From: Chrysomallon squamiferum
Lineage: Eukaryota; Animalia; Mollusca
DNA length: 64,000 nt
Direction of reading: 5' to 3'
Assembly (NCBI GenBank): GCA_012295275.1
Contig: CM022669.1
Span: forward strand, 13,516,001-13,580,000
Of this stretch, positions 1 through 34,175 are shown one piece after another. Each line of letters opens with the position of its first letter. Positions within the stretch are counted from its first letter, which is position 1. A program made the translations under genes and the position numbers. The notes beneath the pieces were generated by a model that saw only the letters and a program-made list of their open reading frames with translations, had not been told where the DNA came from and did not search any database.

Positions 1-97
1 GGCTATTAATTATGATAAAAATGAATAAATGAATCGGAATGAATGAAAAGAAATCAATTTTTGGTGATTAAATTGGTATATGCCTTGAACTACAAAC

Positions 98-18507
<18,410 letters not shown>

Positions 18508-18552
18508 TTTCACTTCTTTAACATCCAATCTGTAAAAATAAAAAAAAAAAAG

Positions 18553-18631
<79 letters not shown>

Positions 18632-19548
18632 TAACCAACTTAGAGACTTATCTAACTACTAAGGTTGCTATTCAGAAAATAAAATATTAAAAAATGGTTT
18701 AATCAGTACCTCTTTTACTACCGTTACTACTTTACCTTTACTGCTCATAATGTTCCTGCTATTACAACAACATCAGTAGTTAGTACTGCAGCTTTTACTG
18801 TTATTATCACTATTAGAACTACAATTACAACAACTAATACTACATTGTATTGTTGGTATAAATTCATCCCAAATATATTTTCTTTAATCCGTTAAAAAAT
18901 CAGATATAAAAAATCTGACAAAACAATAAATAAATACAAAAAATAAGAAATAAAAAATAAATAAATAAACAAATAAAAAAAAAAAAAAAAAAAAAATAAT
19001 AATAATAATGTTATTAATGTTGTTAATAATGATATTAATATTATTAACAAGAGCCAGTAACAGAAGTAGTAATAGTAGTAGTAGTAGTAGTAGTAGTAGT
19101 ATGTAATTATTTAATTAAATATATTCGTGCATGGAACACTGGAACAAAATATGTATTTAATACAGACAGGGTTTTTGAATACTGGATACCTATCCTGGTC
19201 ACATTACTCACAGATTAGTATTCCAAAGCTAATGTATAATGATACACAACTAAACTCGAACTGCATCATTTTTACTATTTCACGAAAAACAAAATGTAAA
19301 TAGTGTTCTAATTAAATATAATGACAGAGGTATTACACTGAAAGAAAACAGACATGTTATAAATAGAATACAATATTATACAGCATGCATGTTCTGAAAT
19401 AGTTATCAATGTTTATTTTTAGGATTAAAATAGTTCAGTAAGGTGGCCATGACAGTTTACATTCACAACACATTTTCGTTACTTCAACGTTTTATTTTTT
19501 GTTAAAATATGACAAATACCAATTAGCTGAATTATTGATGCCACTTAC

Positions 19549-19615
19549 CATTAATTATTTAAAATTTCAGTGAATACGTTTAAATTATTCCACATTTTTG
19601 GAATCCAATTTCAAG
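19549..19615 (-). other. Probable non-coding first exon (5'UTR) of the CCDC87-like gene
   Basis: Strong donor ATG|GTAAGT at 19549/19548 on the minus strand; acceptor CAG just outside 18529, upstream of the main ATG (18507). The 5' boundary is an estimate. Confidence 0.6.
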
Positions 19616-19740
19616 GAGGTTGCTAGGTAAAAAATATCCACATTCTGAGATAAGGGACGTCACTCTATCTGAGGTGAAATCCATTCAAACCAGTGGATTG
19701 ATATTCTCTGTGTATTTAGTTTTTAAATAAAATTAAAGTG
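19600..19740. promoter_or_regulatory. Bidirectional promoter of CCDC87-like and TRMO, with RFX X-box-like and CRE-like motifs
   Basis: Divergent first exons are <200 bp apart. GTTGCTAGGTAAA at 19619-19631 is X-box-like; GGACGTCA at 19655-19662 is CRE-like. Confidence 0.55.
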
Positions 19741-21150
19741 ATGGATGGTAAGATTTTTTAAATTTCTGATTTAATGAGAAAAGTCACAACTAAGACTGTA
19801 TCAACAACAGTTATGAAATCAAAAAACAATGTATAACCTAAGTTATAGTATTCTACGTTTACGTGTCTTCACCGTCGTGTGTGTGTGTGTCTCTCTCTGA
19901 GTGTGTGTCTCTCTCTGAGTGTGTGTGTGTGTGTGTGTGCGTGTTTTGATCAAAAACGAAATTATTTAAAAAGGAAACTTGAATCATTGCATTTTCTAAC
20001 TGAAACTGTTGAAATTATTAATTTAATTTAATTTTGTTTGAATTTTATTTAGAACTTTGGACAATGAAACCAATAGGTACGTTAAAGTCAATCTTCCAGT
20101 CTAAGAATGGCACTCCTCGACAATCTGGATTGTGCAGCAATGCTAGAGGATCAGTCACTATAGACAAGTCTGTTTTTAATAATCCACAACATTCTCTTGA
20201 GGGTCTGGAACAATTTTCTCACGTTTGGTAATAATGAATCTGTTTAATTTAATCCTTAACCATTGTTAATTTGTCACATCATACTGTTTACTGGTTATTT
20301 AAGAAATAAATAAATCATTAATAAACCATCTGCAAGTTTATTAGGCCTTCTCACATTTCTGTTTAAATTTGTAGCGTATGTAGATCCTAAACTTTTTTCA
20401 TTTCTTTTTTTCTCTTTTTGATTTTGCTATATAGACATAATCTGAAGAGATAAAAATAAATATGTCGATAGTCAAATATAGGATGAAAGAAACCATTAAA
20501 AATTACTTATGTTTTTAATACAACTAGTATATTTTTCATTGCTATTTTTTATTTTTTATTTGTTGTATTTCTTTGATTATTTAATTTTTTAGTCTTTATT
20601 TAAATTTATTTATTATTATTACCATTTATTTTTATCATTATTATAATTTTACTTTTTTTTATGAAACACTAAAACAGTTATGCCATAATTTCTTTTTTGA
20701 TATTTATTTTTAACTTCATTTATTATATGTTTAATTATTTTTGCTTTAGGTTAATATTTCTATTTCACAAAAATAACAACGTCCACACAAAAGCCAAAGT
20801 GAAACCACCAAGACTGAATGGGCATCGTACTGGAGTGTTTTCCACCAGGTCTCCTTACAGACCAAACGCAATTGGATTAACACTTGCCAAGCTTTGTACA
20901 GTTGAAGGTATTGTTAATAAAATATTAAATTTTAATTTCAAGGCATTTAGCTGATAACAAATGGGACAGGAAGAAAAATATACATTTCAAATTAAATTTG
21001 CATTATTTTTGTGTTTTATCTAGTTAACAGAAACTTATCTCTGGTTATTAAAAATAGAATTAATTCATTTTTATTAATAATAGTTATCTTCTAAGTTTTA
21101 AAAAAAAAAAAAAAAAAAAAAGATAATTATATAAAAAATAATAAATAGAC

Positions 21151-21181
<31 letters not shown>

Positions 21182-22942
21182 TTATATTCTTAAAATTCAG
21201 AGAAAATTTGCTGTAAACACTTATTCTATTTTTCTATGAACATCTAGTCTTGGAGTATACACTATTCTTAAAACAATAGAACATATACCACAGTCCTTTA
21301 TAAACTTGTCATGAATCAATGTCAGACAGCAATTTATGGAACAAATTGTCTTACCATCAAAATTCTATTTGAAGTACTGAGTTAAAAGTCAAGTTTTAAA
21401 TGATTTTATTTTGATTATATTGCTATTTTGTGATTCATAGTAGAAATGTGTTTATTTCTAATGTTATCTTTTTAAAAAAGAAATAACTATAATGCATGCT
21501 TATAAGAAAATTTAACATCAAACTGAGATAATAGTTCTGAAAATATGTTTAAGAATATAAAAATCAGTTATTGAACCAGAATGTTCATTTTAACATTTTA
21601 TTTTAATTTATAATCATTTATTTCAGATGCTACACTTCATTTGAGTGGCATAGATATGATAGAAGGTACTCCTATTCTGGATATCAAACCTTACATTCCT
21701 TACTGCGATATGCCTGTTCCTTCAGACACCTATCCTTTGGACAAAAATCACTGTAATGAAAGTGATATACATTCCACAGATCCATTAATTTCAGTTTCTG
21801 ACAATAATTCTGAGGAATCTTCTCAACATACAGATTCCATGAATACAGTTACTGGGAGCAGCCATCTTGATGTTTGTTCATCACCAAAAGATAAGTCGTC
21901 TTTGAGTCATTCAGCATCATTTTCAGACAACCAGCAATTTGAGGACTGTTCATCAAAATTACATAAGAAGTCCATTGATGATCTCTTGAAAAAAGAGTTA
22001 CAATCCAGACCTGATGTGCCAGTTCTATACAGTGAAAGCACTTCAAAGGAAAGAATAGATTCAGATGGCTGTATGATTTCTCACAATTCAGTGGAATCAT
22101 CTGACAATTTGGAAAGTGTAGAAGAAAAATCCTTAAAACTGTCAGATGAGTGCTTAGAATCAAGACAAAAGACAGACAGACATTCTTTACAGTCAAAAGA
22201 TGAATCAGAATCGGATGACAGAACTTCAGCAGAAATAAAATCAAGACTGGGACCTAGGACGCAGAGCAACTCTTTAGATTTCAAGGATAAGTCAGAATTA
22301 ATGGACAGAGATTGTACACTTTCAGGATGTTTGTCTGAGAATGATAAACCATCACATAAATTATCATCTTCACTGGACATTTTGTCCAAGCATGAAAACA
22401 AAGATTTGGCATGTGACCCTGAAGGGAAACATTTTGATAAAATAGTTGAATTATCAGATGAAAAAAGCAACATGTTTAATTCACTTTATTCTGAGACATA
22501 CAGGGAAAGTCAGTTTGCAAGTTGTAACAAGAGTAGCACTGAAAATAAACCACATTTTAAAAACGTATCCAAATTAGATGCAAGTGAAATATCTATTAAG
22601 ACAACAAATGATGTAACCACAGCAAACTGGATAAATGATCCTGTTGTCTCAAAACTTGATGTTCATTTTACAAATTTTGCTGAAGATCAGCTAGCATGTT
22701 TTAGTTCTGCTTCTAAAGATGACAAGTTCAGACTGAAACACTTGAAGCATTCAGAAGATCTTCAGTGTGCCATCACAGGAATATTGCAGGAAGATCCACG
22801 TTCAGTGTACAGAAGAAAACAGTGTCCAGATTCTCTGTATTATTTTACTGTGGACTCTGCTCACATCACTTGCTGGTTTGATGACAACAGAGTGGAGGTT
22901 GTCAGAGTCAAGCCTAAAGTTCTGGTTCCATACTGCAGTTAA
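19741..22942 (+). CDS. TRMO: tRNA (adenine(37)-N6)-methyltransferase TRMO (TsaA/YaeB family), ~551 aa
   Basis: Exons 19741-19747 (ATGGATG|gtaaga), 20053-20227, 20750-20907, 21627-22942; total 1656 nt, in frame. Motifs KNGTPRQ, FNNPQHSLEGLEQFSHVW, KAKVKPPRLNG..GVFSTRSPYRPNAIGLTLAKL, SGIDMIEGTPILDIKPY and C-terminal DPRSVYRR. The 7-nt first exon is the least certain part. Confidence 0.93.
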
Positions 22943-23696
22943 AATTAACAATCCTGTTTTAATCATCATCTTGATAAAGAATGCTCTGGTACACTGATTA
23001 TGTTAAAATAATGTTGTTGATAAAGGATTTATCTTAATATTAAATATTCTATTACTTTAAAAAAATTTCACTTGATAAACTATGAACTCAGAAAGTATGA
23101 TATATATATTTAAATATATAAAGATCAAAGTGTGTTCATTTATTCAGTCAGAAAAATTAATGTAGCTTAATATTTCAAATATATTAAGTATACAAGTACA
23201 CCAAGCACTTTAATTTTAAATACAGTCTGTTAATGTGAAATTTCCATTATTTATACATGATCAGATAGACCAGATTAAAAAGGAAAGGAAAAAAGAATTA
23301 CCATAAATTAAATGTTTGTACGAAGACATTTTGTTTTGTTGGATGTTTATTTTTTCTTCTGCTTTTTCATGGGTGAGATATGGGTAGATATGTATATTTA
23401 AGAATAAGATAGCCTTACTGATATTATAGTAATTATCATAAACTGATGTTAGTAAGTGTCAACGATATCTTCCTTTCAAATGAATATGGCAAGGAAAGGC
23501 AGTAGAAAAAAAAAAATGAGACAAAAATTCTGAAACTGTTTATTCAAAATAACAAAAAATAACAATATATGAAACAAAACAAACATGTCACCAGAATAAA
23601 CATAGTAAAGAACATGTTTCTGTATTTTTCAATAACCATTTTACCGCCCTGAAATTTTTATTTACTTTGATAAATTTCAGAATATTTTTGCTAATT

Positions 23697-24862
23697 CTAA
23701 AATTCATCATGGCTTACATCAGCCATGACAGGATCAGGAGAAGGCGTCAGCTCTTCCTGTACTTTTTCATACAGCTGTATTGTTTCAATGAGCAGGTCAT
23801 TTGGGTCAAAGGGTAACATGTCTCCAAATTTCGTGAGAAGAGATGAGATGTTGAAGGTCATAATTTCCTTCCAAGTCAGCATAGTGTTGTTGTCTGAATC
23901 CACCATCTCAAACATCTAAGTTTTGAAGAAGAAAAAAAGAGAAAATGGTAAAAAGGTGATATTTTGCTTAACCAAGATTCACGCTTTCCATTTTTTCATT
24001 TGAAAAAAAATAAAAATAAAAAAAAATAAAGTGAATGAACAAACATTTATGACTGCTTCCGGATACACCTCTAAAAGTTTGGTTTGGAACATAATATTTA
24101 TTTTTAAAAAAATAAATGTATTCATTTACGTTTACCTTTTCAAGTCTGTTCCTAATCCTTTCCGTTTCTTTATCATCTTTTTTGTTGTTTGTTTCATTTG
24201 AGAAATAAGCGTTAAAGAAATCTTTTTTGGTTACTTCAGACGATTCCACAAATGGATCAAACAAATACAACCTGTGAAAAGAAATGATAAACAAATGATA
24301 TTTGAAAAAAATCGTGTAATTTTTAATTGGTTAACAAAATGATGAAAGAAAAAACTAATTTTAATTTCAATTAATTTTATTAGAATGCTTTTACATTATG
24401 AACATACGTGTACATGTATCAAAGCACATACCAAAACTTTTGATAAAAACATTATACGGACAGGACTTGAATAAATGCTCAAATGCACACTAATGTATTT
24501 AAAGATACGTCTTGAACAGAACTTTCTGGCAAGTTCATGGTTCTGTCCACAAAAGGGCGATAATCTGTACCCCCAAACTACCGTCATCCACCACAAGGGA
24601 TTTATCGAAACTGTTCTGTGCTCTAACCACTGATCCACAAGGTCACTGCTTGCAGTAATATCAGTTATCCAGAACTAACCTGACTCGTTCATGGTGAAGA
24701 GCTCGAGGGTATGAACTTAGTGTGGTGGGTCTGGGAACATCACTAGCCAGGTCACAGTCAGTCGTGTTGAACCATGGTACGTGTAGCCACCACAAGTTAA
24801 CTGCTAGGTTTCGATTTCCAGCAGAATTTACTTGATGGTACCAGCTACAAGCAAAATTTTGG

Positions 24863-24921
<59 letters not shown>

Positions 24922-25126
24922 AATAGATAATATAATAAATTAAAATATAAATGATTTATTATATATAAAAAAACAACAAAAACAACAAAAAAATCCATTA
25001 AATTTAATAATCTGTAGCGGTGTACAATGGCCATTTAATAATAAAATAATAATTTTAACAAGTGTTGTAAAATAAATGTATGAAAATTTTATCTTTAAGA
25101 CTGACCAATATTCAGCTCAATGTCAA

Positions 25127-25157
<31 letters not shown>

Positions 25158-25535
25158 TTACGTTGCAATGATGAATACAAGATACATCTTAAATTTTCAT
25201 TTGTATTCATTAAAATGAGTTTTAAGCAGAAATCACGGCCATTGTTGAATAATTGAATTTGGATATTTAAATTAAATTTTAAATCTTATGTAACATTACT
25301 TTCTAGGTATGAATAAGCAGTCTCCCTTTTCCATTGTAGCATTTATCCAAGGGATGTTCTTAAGCTGCGGAAATTTGTCATAATCAACGTTGTCAACATC
25401 GACACGACTGTAACCTTTATCAACAGCAAAACTTTCAGCCTCAACTCTTCCGTTATGCTTCTGAAAAATATTAGAGCAAGTTATTCATACTTAATTTACT
25501 TCTGGGTCAAAACATGTTCTCTTGCATTCAGATAC

Positions 25536-25596
<61 letters not shown>

Positions 25597-26171
25597 TTAA
25601 TTTAGGAAATTTACGCCATGTATATTCTTTTAATCAAAAAGCATTTATTTATAATCGTTTCATTTGTTTTATTTTATTGGTTTTATTTATTTATTTATTT
25701 ACATATGTGCTAAGCAAAATTTCTTCAAAGAAAATCCTTTTATGCATTTTAAGTGCACAAAACTATTCTACTGATCTTTGTTATTCATATTAAAACCTTT
25801 AAAAATACTTTCTAGCCTTGTCAATAAAAATAATATCCTTCCTGCCGTCGAACAGGCAGTTTATGTTGTTGTAGTTGTCGAGATGCAGAACAGATCGAGT
25901 ACCGCCGCTGCTGAACCATATTAGGTGTCGTTCTAATCGATCTTGCATGCCGCCGCAAAGCAGACATTTTGGAATAACGATCTCATCTGAAACAGGTTTT
26001 TAAAGAAAAAATATGAAAGAATCGTTATTTAAAAATAGATTTAATGGTTCTAATGCAACATACCATTCTAATAGAAACTGTATTTACAATTAAATTATTT
26101 GTGTTTTGTGTCTAATAAAGGACCTAAATTTGTAATTATTTTGTTAGTAAATAAATAAATAAATAAATAAA

Positions 26172-26236
<65 letters not shown>

Positions 26237-26733
26237 GGTATCAGACATTTTATTTTAACGTTCACGGTTAAAGAGAATATTCGCACGACCGCCATCACAT
26301 ACATTTTACATTATTGATTATCAGTAAACCATTTTGCTCACGTCTTTTGTCGCAGACGTGAAAGCACACCACTGCCGTTAATCAACCTGTCGTCTGTGGA
26401 GGGGCACGCGACTCGGGGGGGAGATGAAGGGGGAGATTTGCCATCCCAAATTTGGAAACATTTTAAAATTTAAAAAAATTGGACAAAACAAGAAAGAAAA
26501 ACAAAATAGTATGTTTTTTATCCGTGTAAAATTTAAGGCAAATCGAGCACTCTGCCTTTCGTAAGCAGACAACGTATGTATATCTACTTATAGTTTTTTT
26601 AAAATTTATTTTCATTCATTCATTATTCATAATCATTCATTAAACTGGGTTTGTAATGAATGTGAAGCTAGTTTTTGTTTGAAGTTAAATAGATAAAACG
26701 GATTATTTGAAGCAACGATATCTGTTCTGTTAC

Positions 26734-26785
<52 letters not shown>

Positions 26786-27602
26786 GATCATTATTATTAT
26801 TATTATTTAATGACTGTGGTAAAGTTAGGTTAAACAAATTCCCTTTTACTCGTCTGCAGTAATTATTATTAAGTATCTTAACCGGGGTTCAGTGCAGATG
26901 GATTTACCATAGAGGAAGGTTACAGCTTTTCAAGAAAAAATATGTTGCATTATTTAGGCCCTCAAGAAAATAAGATAAGAAATATTTATCCTCTAAATAA
27001 GATATAACGCGCCAAAAGTGACCCATCGACTAGAACAGCACAATGATGTCACTAAAAAGAAACAGAAGAAACAAATATTTAAAGTGCTAATACCTTTCAT
27101 TTTCTCCTTAACATCCTGTACCATATAGATGTCTTTTTCGTGATAACTGTCCAAAAATTCAGAGAATGTTTGTTCTCGAACACCTTCAGCTTTCCTCGTT
27201 TCCTTTTTCCCCGACTCGGCTGAGATTATACTAGCACCATATCGTTCTCTGTAACATTTCAACATAATTATTTTGTATTTAAACATGATACAGCCAATTT
27301 GCTTCGTTTGTAATAAATGACACGTGTGCAAGATAAAATTAGAAATGTCCATAACAGTAATAAATTACTTTATTTTTTCTTTCTTTTATTTTTTTTTTTT
27401 TTTTTTTTTTTTAATTTTTTAAACTTATTTACAGTAAATCTGAAATGTATGTGTAAAATTATTTTTGTCCATTTTCGAAAAATATTTCAGAGTAATTGAA
27501 AACATTCGGGTTTTTTTTTTGTGGGGGTGGGGTTGTTGTTATTTTTGTATTTTAAATGAAAAAGACAAAAAGAATCACCAATTATTATCATTATCATCAT
27601 CT

Positions 27603-27642
<40 letters not shown>

Positions 27643-28142
27643 AGAGCAAATTGATTATATTACACAGTTTAAATTATTCTGTGCGAAAATAATAAAATAC
27701 GTACGTTGTATTAATAACGTTGCATGAATGAAATATATATATATATATATAATGCACTTACTAATATTGCAAAATAAGAAAACATTCTATAAACTGTACA
27801 GTATCCGTTACGCAATCACGGTCACCACATTACTTACCTCAGATAATCATCTGTCCACTTGTGATAAGCCGGGTAGTCCATTTTTTCCAGTACAGATTTA
27901 AACAAGACCGGTTGACCTGGCAACACAAACCAGTCATAAAAATGATCAGGCGTTGGAAAATCGTCCATAACAGAAATTCCATGTAGCGATGGATGGTCGC
28001 ATAAGGGTTCTGTTTTTCTTTCGGGTTTGTTCTCGTTATTGCTGTCTTCTTGTCCGTCTCCATCCTCCGAACTCATGCAAACAGAGTCGTAAAAACACAG
28101 CAGTATTGATAAAATTAAGGAAATGGTGTAGGAAATCCTCAT
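23697..28142 (-). CDS. Signal-peptide JmjC/cupin-8 2OG-Fe(II) oxygenase with C-terminal EF-hand and HDEF tail (paralog A), ~436 aa
   Basis: Exons 27838-28142, 27094-27248, 25817-25986, 25300-25460, 24680-24844, 24136-24271, 23697-23915; total 1311 nt, in frame with a GC donor after exon 3. Hydrophobic N-terminus; PVLFK..KWTDDYL; WFSSGGTRSVLHLD..NINCLFDGRK; GDCLFIPRNWYHQVNS..NLAVNLWW; EF loop DSDNNTMLTWKE; ends HDEF*. Confidence 0.88.
24545..24640 (-). mobile_element. Degenerate tRNA-SINE-like fragment in a JmjC-A intron
   Basis: Minus strand begins GTGGATCAGTGGTTAGAGCAC (A-box-like); the B-box is degenerate. Confidence 0.35.
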
Positions 28143-29016
28143 AATTATTTGAAAACAATAAACTCGAATTTATTATTAATATAGGGCAAAACAGTTATGA
28201 CATTAATTCGGAAAGAAAAAAGAAAAAAAACAGAAGTTTTTTTAAACTTTCAAAATTGAGTGTACTACGTTTGGGTCACAGCTAAACAACTGTTTCTGAT
28301 TAGTGTCCAGTGTCGAATGATCAGGTATCATAGGTGAATTGTGAGAAAAAGTGAAACACGTGCATTGCGGTGGAAATCGATTTTCACACGGTATGTGTGA
28401 GTTTTGTGATTTGAAAACGGCTTTATGTGAGAACAGCACAGAATGACAAGGATATCTCAGTTTTATACAAATATGTGTGTACTAGTGTCTAGAATATGGA
28501 AAAATAAAAGGAAGTAATTCAAAAAACAACGAGAAATGTTGTGAAATTAATCTATAATTTATCAAATACAGTGAAGAGACTGACACCAGCTTTGAAGACA
28601 AAACACACACACATATACATACATATATGTGTATAGATATATAAACACACACACACACACACACACACGCATACACACATATATATAAATGTATATATAT
28701 ACACACACACATATATACCTATATATACATATATATGCGTACAGCACCCTAATGCAGAGAATCGGCTCAAACGTCTTTCTCCCTTGCCAGATATTCTCTC
28801 TTCTCTTGAACTCTCTTTCACTGCAGTCACACGGATAACAGTTCACACCCCTGACCAATACTAGCAGGCCATTATTGTCCCGGGTTCCTTAAGAAAGCAC
28901 CAGTGACAGTGTTTACCATATTTTAATGTCCCGCGTGTTTTGGAGGAATTTCCTAAGTACTTAACGTTTAAACAAGGAGAAATAAACCTTATCTTTAGAT
29001 TGTGCTTTTAGTTCAG

Positions 29017-29125
<109 letters not shown>

Positions 29126-29417
29126 TATTCTTTATGTTGGCATCTAATTCTTTTTTCTTTTTTCATTTTTTCAAACCAATGATGACGTCAGAATTTTTTT
29201 ACAAAAATATTGCCAAGAGGCGGTTTGGTTGGAAACGAGCCAGAACTAGTCTGTCGTAGCTATTTGAAAAAAAACTAACATAATCACAATAATGGAGGCT
29301 TTTGGTGTTACTACACAGTCACAAGTCTTTCGAGGAATTATATAACTGATAAAATACAACAACAACGACGACGAAAACAAAAGTAACAACAACAACAACA
29401 ATAATGTCAACAAAACC

Positions 29418-29453
<36 letters not shown>

Positions 29454-29557
29454 CACTATGTTTATCTCCTGAAACCGTTTTATCAATATTCATCACGTTT
29501 TATTTTAGAAATTTCATTTGACTTCGTGCTATGATGCAACGATTAGTACAACAGACG

Positions 29558-29570
29558 GTTGCCTAGCAAT
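29558..29570. promoter_or_regulatory. RFX X-box-like motif between JmjC-A and alpha-tubulin
   Basis: GTTGCCTAGCAAT, one mismatch from the RFX motif GTTGCCTAGCAAC. Confidence 0.4.
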
Positions 29571-30169
29571 ATAATTATGTCTGTTTCTGCAATATCGACT
29601 GGGGCCGATAACATCGGATGCAACCCAAAACAATCAATAAAATTACGCATCAAATTGTCCTTGCGTTACGTATGGCAGTTGTATCCTAGGAGATAATTCA
29701 CCGAGCTCGTGACCAGGTCGGCAGAATGTCACATGCTGATTGCAGGCTTCTGTTCTAATATACGTATTAAAGGCATTATATTAATCGAGATACATATTAT
29801 TTTTGATCCCGATATTTTGATATCTCTGTTACGCTCGTTGTGTGCCTCTATATTAAATGCATGTAGACACACATACACACGCACACACGCACACACGCAC
29901 GCACACACATATATATACATATATATACACACACACGCACACACGCACGCACACATATATATACACACACACACATACACACTAACATGTTATGCTGCAT
30001 ATAGACACTTACAGTTTTGACTCTACTATGTATACATTTGACACCTAACTTTTTCTGAAATCATGGATCTGTCGAAATGAATTATTTTTAATTTATTTTA
30101 AATATAATGTAAACTGATTTGGGTCTCTATGATACTAATCTCTGCAGTTGATAATTTGTCACGCATTTT

Positions 30170-30216
<47 letters not shown>

Positions 30217-30604
30217 TCTATTTATTTTTATTATTTTTTTTTTTATAGCTGTATCAGAGTACATGAACATAGTTTTATGTAACTACTGGATCAACAGCCA
30301 TTTAACTCTGGTTATGTGATGAGTCATTTGTTTAGCCGAGTAGCAGGTCTTACAAGCATATTATCAATAATTATGTAGTATGGTCAGTTGGTGTAATGTT
30401 TCCATTAATATTTATTATGTTTATTGTTCACCTACTTGCTGGTTATATTCGTAGGCTTATTCATACATTTATATAATACTCAACAACCAGATAAAAAGTA
30501 CTTATAGAAAATAACAGAAATAAAATGAAAAGAAAACGACAAGAGAAAAAAACGGAAATGCTGAGACAGGATGAACGTGTGAAAATTAATCTTAAGCAAC
30601 ACCA

Positions 30605-30608
<4 letters not shown>

Positions 30609-30692
<84 letters not shown>
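30609..30692. repeat. (CA)n microsatellite upstream of alpha-tubulin
   Basis: Pure dinucleotide run. Confidence 0.95.
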
Positions 30693-30697
<5 letters not shown>

Positions 30698-30929
30698 GGG
30701 TTTGTTTGGTAATCAACTATGACCTTTCTTCTTCTTCTCCTTTTTGGTTTTCCCCTTTATTATGCCCATTATGAATATCTTTAGGAAATAATAACGAATC
30801 AGTCATTTTATTCTTCTTCTGAAAAATCACGTGCCCACATTTATTATTGTAAATACGGTATGTCAGCAACGGTTGGTACGTTCCTCATCAGTCAAACTAG
30901 AAAATGAGGTCATCGGATAACTGTCTCAA

Positions 30930-31088
30930 CGAGCCAGCCAATGAAATGAAAGCTAGAACAACCTAGCCCTTTAACTGAGAGAGCGAGAGCGCCATCCCTC
31001 CACTTGTTCGGAACTGCTCATAATAGACCATTACGTCTATATTGTGAGAAGAATCCCGTCTTTGTTTTAACAACTCATTTTAATCACC
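30930..31088 (+). promoter_or_regulatory. Alpha-tubulin proximal promoter / 5'UTR
   Basis: CCAAT at 30938-30942 in a locally GC-richer stretch ending in the Kozak-like CACCATG|GTGAGT. A YY1-like AAAATGGCGG lies at 31222-31231 in intron 1. Confidence 0.45.

Positions 31089-34175
<3,087 letters not shown>

Noticed and set aside
21849-22473. Antisense ORFs of 130-131 aa within TRMO exon 4
   Set aside because: They are shadows of the long sense exon and show no recognisable domain.
26398-26580. G-rich patch in JmjC-A intron 2 (possible G-quadruplex or MITE end)
   Set aside because: Only three clear G-tracts and no matching terminal inverted repeat found; probably a decayed repeat that I cannot support.
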